A stretch of 64,000 bases of DNA from Mobula hypostoma (taxonomy: Eukaryota): assembly GCF_963921235.1 (NCBI RefSeq), contig NC_086097.1, positions 50,098,001-50,162,000 on the forward strand, in the 5' to 3' direction. A program made the translations under genes and the position numbers. The notes beneath the pieces are model-generated. The model saw only the letters and a program-made list of their open reading frames with translations, was not told the origin of the DNA and searched no databases. Below are positions 61,760-64,000 of the stretch, piece after piece (position 1 is the stretch's first letter; every line of letters begins with the position of its first letter).

Positions 61760-62035
61760 AGGGCAGGACGGTAGTATAGCAGTTAGTGCCAGGGTTTACA
61801 GAACCCTGACGTAAGATCAGGGTTCGATTCCCACCACTGCCTGTAGAGAGTTTGTACGTTCTCCTTGTGACTACGTGTGTTTCCTCCCAGTGCTCTGGTT
61901 CCCTCCCATATTCCAAAAGATATACTGTTAGTGAGTAAGTTGTCGATATATGATATTGGCATCAGAAGTGTGGCAACACTTGCAGGCTACCCAGGGCAAT
62001 CCTCTCTGATTTGAGTTGACGCAATCGATGCTTTC
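61760..62035 (+). mobile_element. tRNA-derived SINE
   Basis: A box ggtagtatagcagtt, B box GGTTCGATTCC, and the shared SINE core. Confidence 0.85.
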
Positions 62036-62039
62036 CAAA

Positions 62040-63800
62040 AGACCATGAGGCATAGGAGCAAATTAGGCCATTCAGCCCATTGAGTCTGCTCTGCCTTTCC
62101 ATCAAGACCGATATATCCCTCTCAATCCCATTCTTCTGCCTTCTCCCTGTAACTATTGATGCCCTTACTAATCAAGAGCCTATCAACCCCCTTTAAATAT
62201 ACCCAATGACTTGTCTGCTGCAGCCATCTGTGGTAATGAATTCTACAGATTCACCAGTTTCTGGCTGAAGAAATTCTTCCACATCGCTGTTCTAAATTGA
62301 CATCCTCGTATTCTGAGGCTGTGCCCTCTAGTCTCAGACTCCCCAGCTACAGGAAACATTCTCTCCACATCCACTCTATCTAGGCCATTCAATATTCAAT
62401 AAGTTTCAATTAGATCCCCCCCTCATTCTTCTGAACTCCAGTGAGTACAGGCCCAGAGCCATCAAACACTTCTTATACATTAAATCTTTTCATTCCCAGA
62501 ATCATACTCGTGAACCTCCTCCAATGCCAGTGCATGCTTTCTTAGATAAGGGGCCCAAAACTGCTCATACTATTCCAGGCCTCTCGAAATGAATGCTAAC
62601 ATTGCATTTGCCTTCCTTACCACCGACTCAACCCGCAGGTTAACCTTTAGGGAATACTGCATGAGGACTCCCAAGTCCCTTTGCACCACTGATTTTCTGA
62701 ATTTTCTCCCCATTTAGAAAATAGCCTTTATTCCATCTACCAAAGTACATATCCATACACTTCCCAACACTGTATTCCATTTGCCACTTTGCCCATTCCC
62801 CTAGTCTCTCTAAGTCCTTCTGCAACCTTCCTGCTTCCTCAACACTACCCACCCCACCACCTATCTTCATAACATCCTCAAACTTGGCCACAAAGCCAGC
62901 AATTCTGTCATCCAAATCATTGATATATAACATAAAAAGAAACAGGCTCAACACTGACTCCTGTGAAGCACGACTTGTCACCAGCAGACAATCAGAAAAG
63001 TACACAACATCCTCTGATTCTCCTTTGTCTATCCTGCTTGATATTTCCTCAAAGAATTCCAACAGATTTGTCACGCAAGATTTCCCCTTAAAGAAACCAT
63101 GCTGACTTTGGCCTATTTTATCATGTGCCTCCAAGTACCCCAAAATGTCAGGTTAACAGGCCTATTATTTCCTTTCATCTGCCTTCCTCCCTTCTTGAAG
63201 AGTGAAGTGACATTTGCAGTTTTCCGGTCCTCCGGAACTACACCTGAATCTAGTGATTCGTGAAAGATCATTACTAATGCCTCTATGATATCTTCAACTA
63301 CCTCTTCCAGATCTCCTAGGGTGTTGTCCATCTGACCTTCAAACCTTTCAGCTTTCCAACTGCCTTCTCCCTTGTCATAGCAATGGCACTCACTTCTGCC
63401 TCCTGACGCTCTCGCACTTCCAGCATACTGTTAGTGTCTTCCACAGCAAGGACTGATGCAAAATACTTATTCAGTTCATCCGCCATTTCTTTGTCCCCTA
63501 TTACTACCTCTCGAGCATCATTTTCCGGCAGTTTGATATTTACTCTCACCTCTCTTTTACTCTTTGTAAATCTGAAAAACTTTTGTATTGTTCTTGATAT
63601 TATTAGCTAGCTTCCCTTCATATTTCATCTTTTCCCTCTTTTTGACTTTTTTATTTGCCTTCTGTTGGTGTTTAAAAGCTTTTCAATACTCTAACTTCCC
63701 ACTAATTTTTTTTCTCTATTCTATGCCCTCTATTTTGCTTTTATGTTGGCTTTGACTTCCCTCATCAGCTACAGTTGCATCATTCTGCCTTTTAGAATAT
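62040..63800 (-). mobile_element. Decayed CR1 3' half
   Basis: ORF 62640-63143 (SQHGFFKGKSCVTNLLEFFEE...AKFEDVMKIGG). Confidence 0.88.
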
Positions 63801-63829
63801 AGAGTTCAAGTTTATCATTATTCAACCAT

Positions 63830-64000
63830 ACGCACAGACCTCTTCCTTGCTGACAATCAACACAGATGCACCTCAAGTATGCATGCTTCACCCACTGTGC
63901 TGTTCATGATTCCGTGGCTAAACACAGCTCCAATGCAATCTCTAAATTTGCAGATGACTCCACTGTTGTTGGTAAGATCTCAGATGGGGACAAGAAGGTG
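63830..64000 (+). mobile_element. Rex1/Babar RT fragment, runs off the window
   Basis: HSSNAISKFADDSTVVGKISDGD, homologous to 7950-8120. Confidence 0.75.

Overview
Eukaryotic genomic DNA, most likely from a cartilaginous fish (ray-like). This is inferred from the repeat mix: CR1 LINEs with an SGNH-esterase ORF1, Rex1/Babar, Penelope-like elements and tRNA-derived SINEs. The window lies inside one host gene on the minus strand, AHNAK2. Five GT-AG coding exons (35078-35130, 34026-34130, 28855-28962, 28567-28723, 20227-20393) splice in frame and encode the N-terminal RPRPQGSSPVY motif and the split PDZ domain. I did not find the first coding exon or the giant repeat exon; both probably lie outside the window. 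The rest is mostly decayed, nested transposons, and nearly all ORF-track entries are TE debris or microsatellite artefacts. The most notable observations are: (1) a ~125-bp copy of the AHNAK2 PDZ exon/intron junction inside a neighbouring CR1, in frame with its RT; (2) a Penelope palindrome whose loop is an inverted copy of nearby DNA; (3) a decayed HDV-like ribozyme fold with an extra hairpin at the 5' end of an RTE-like non-autonomous element; (4) decayed minimal hammerhead motifs in Penelope ends; (5) a 6-bp-TSD TIR transposon family with a 93-bp mini-derivative. Most TE boundaries are approximate unless a TSD is quoted, and family names come from my recognition of motifs, not from database searches.
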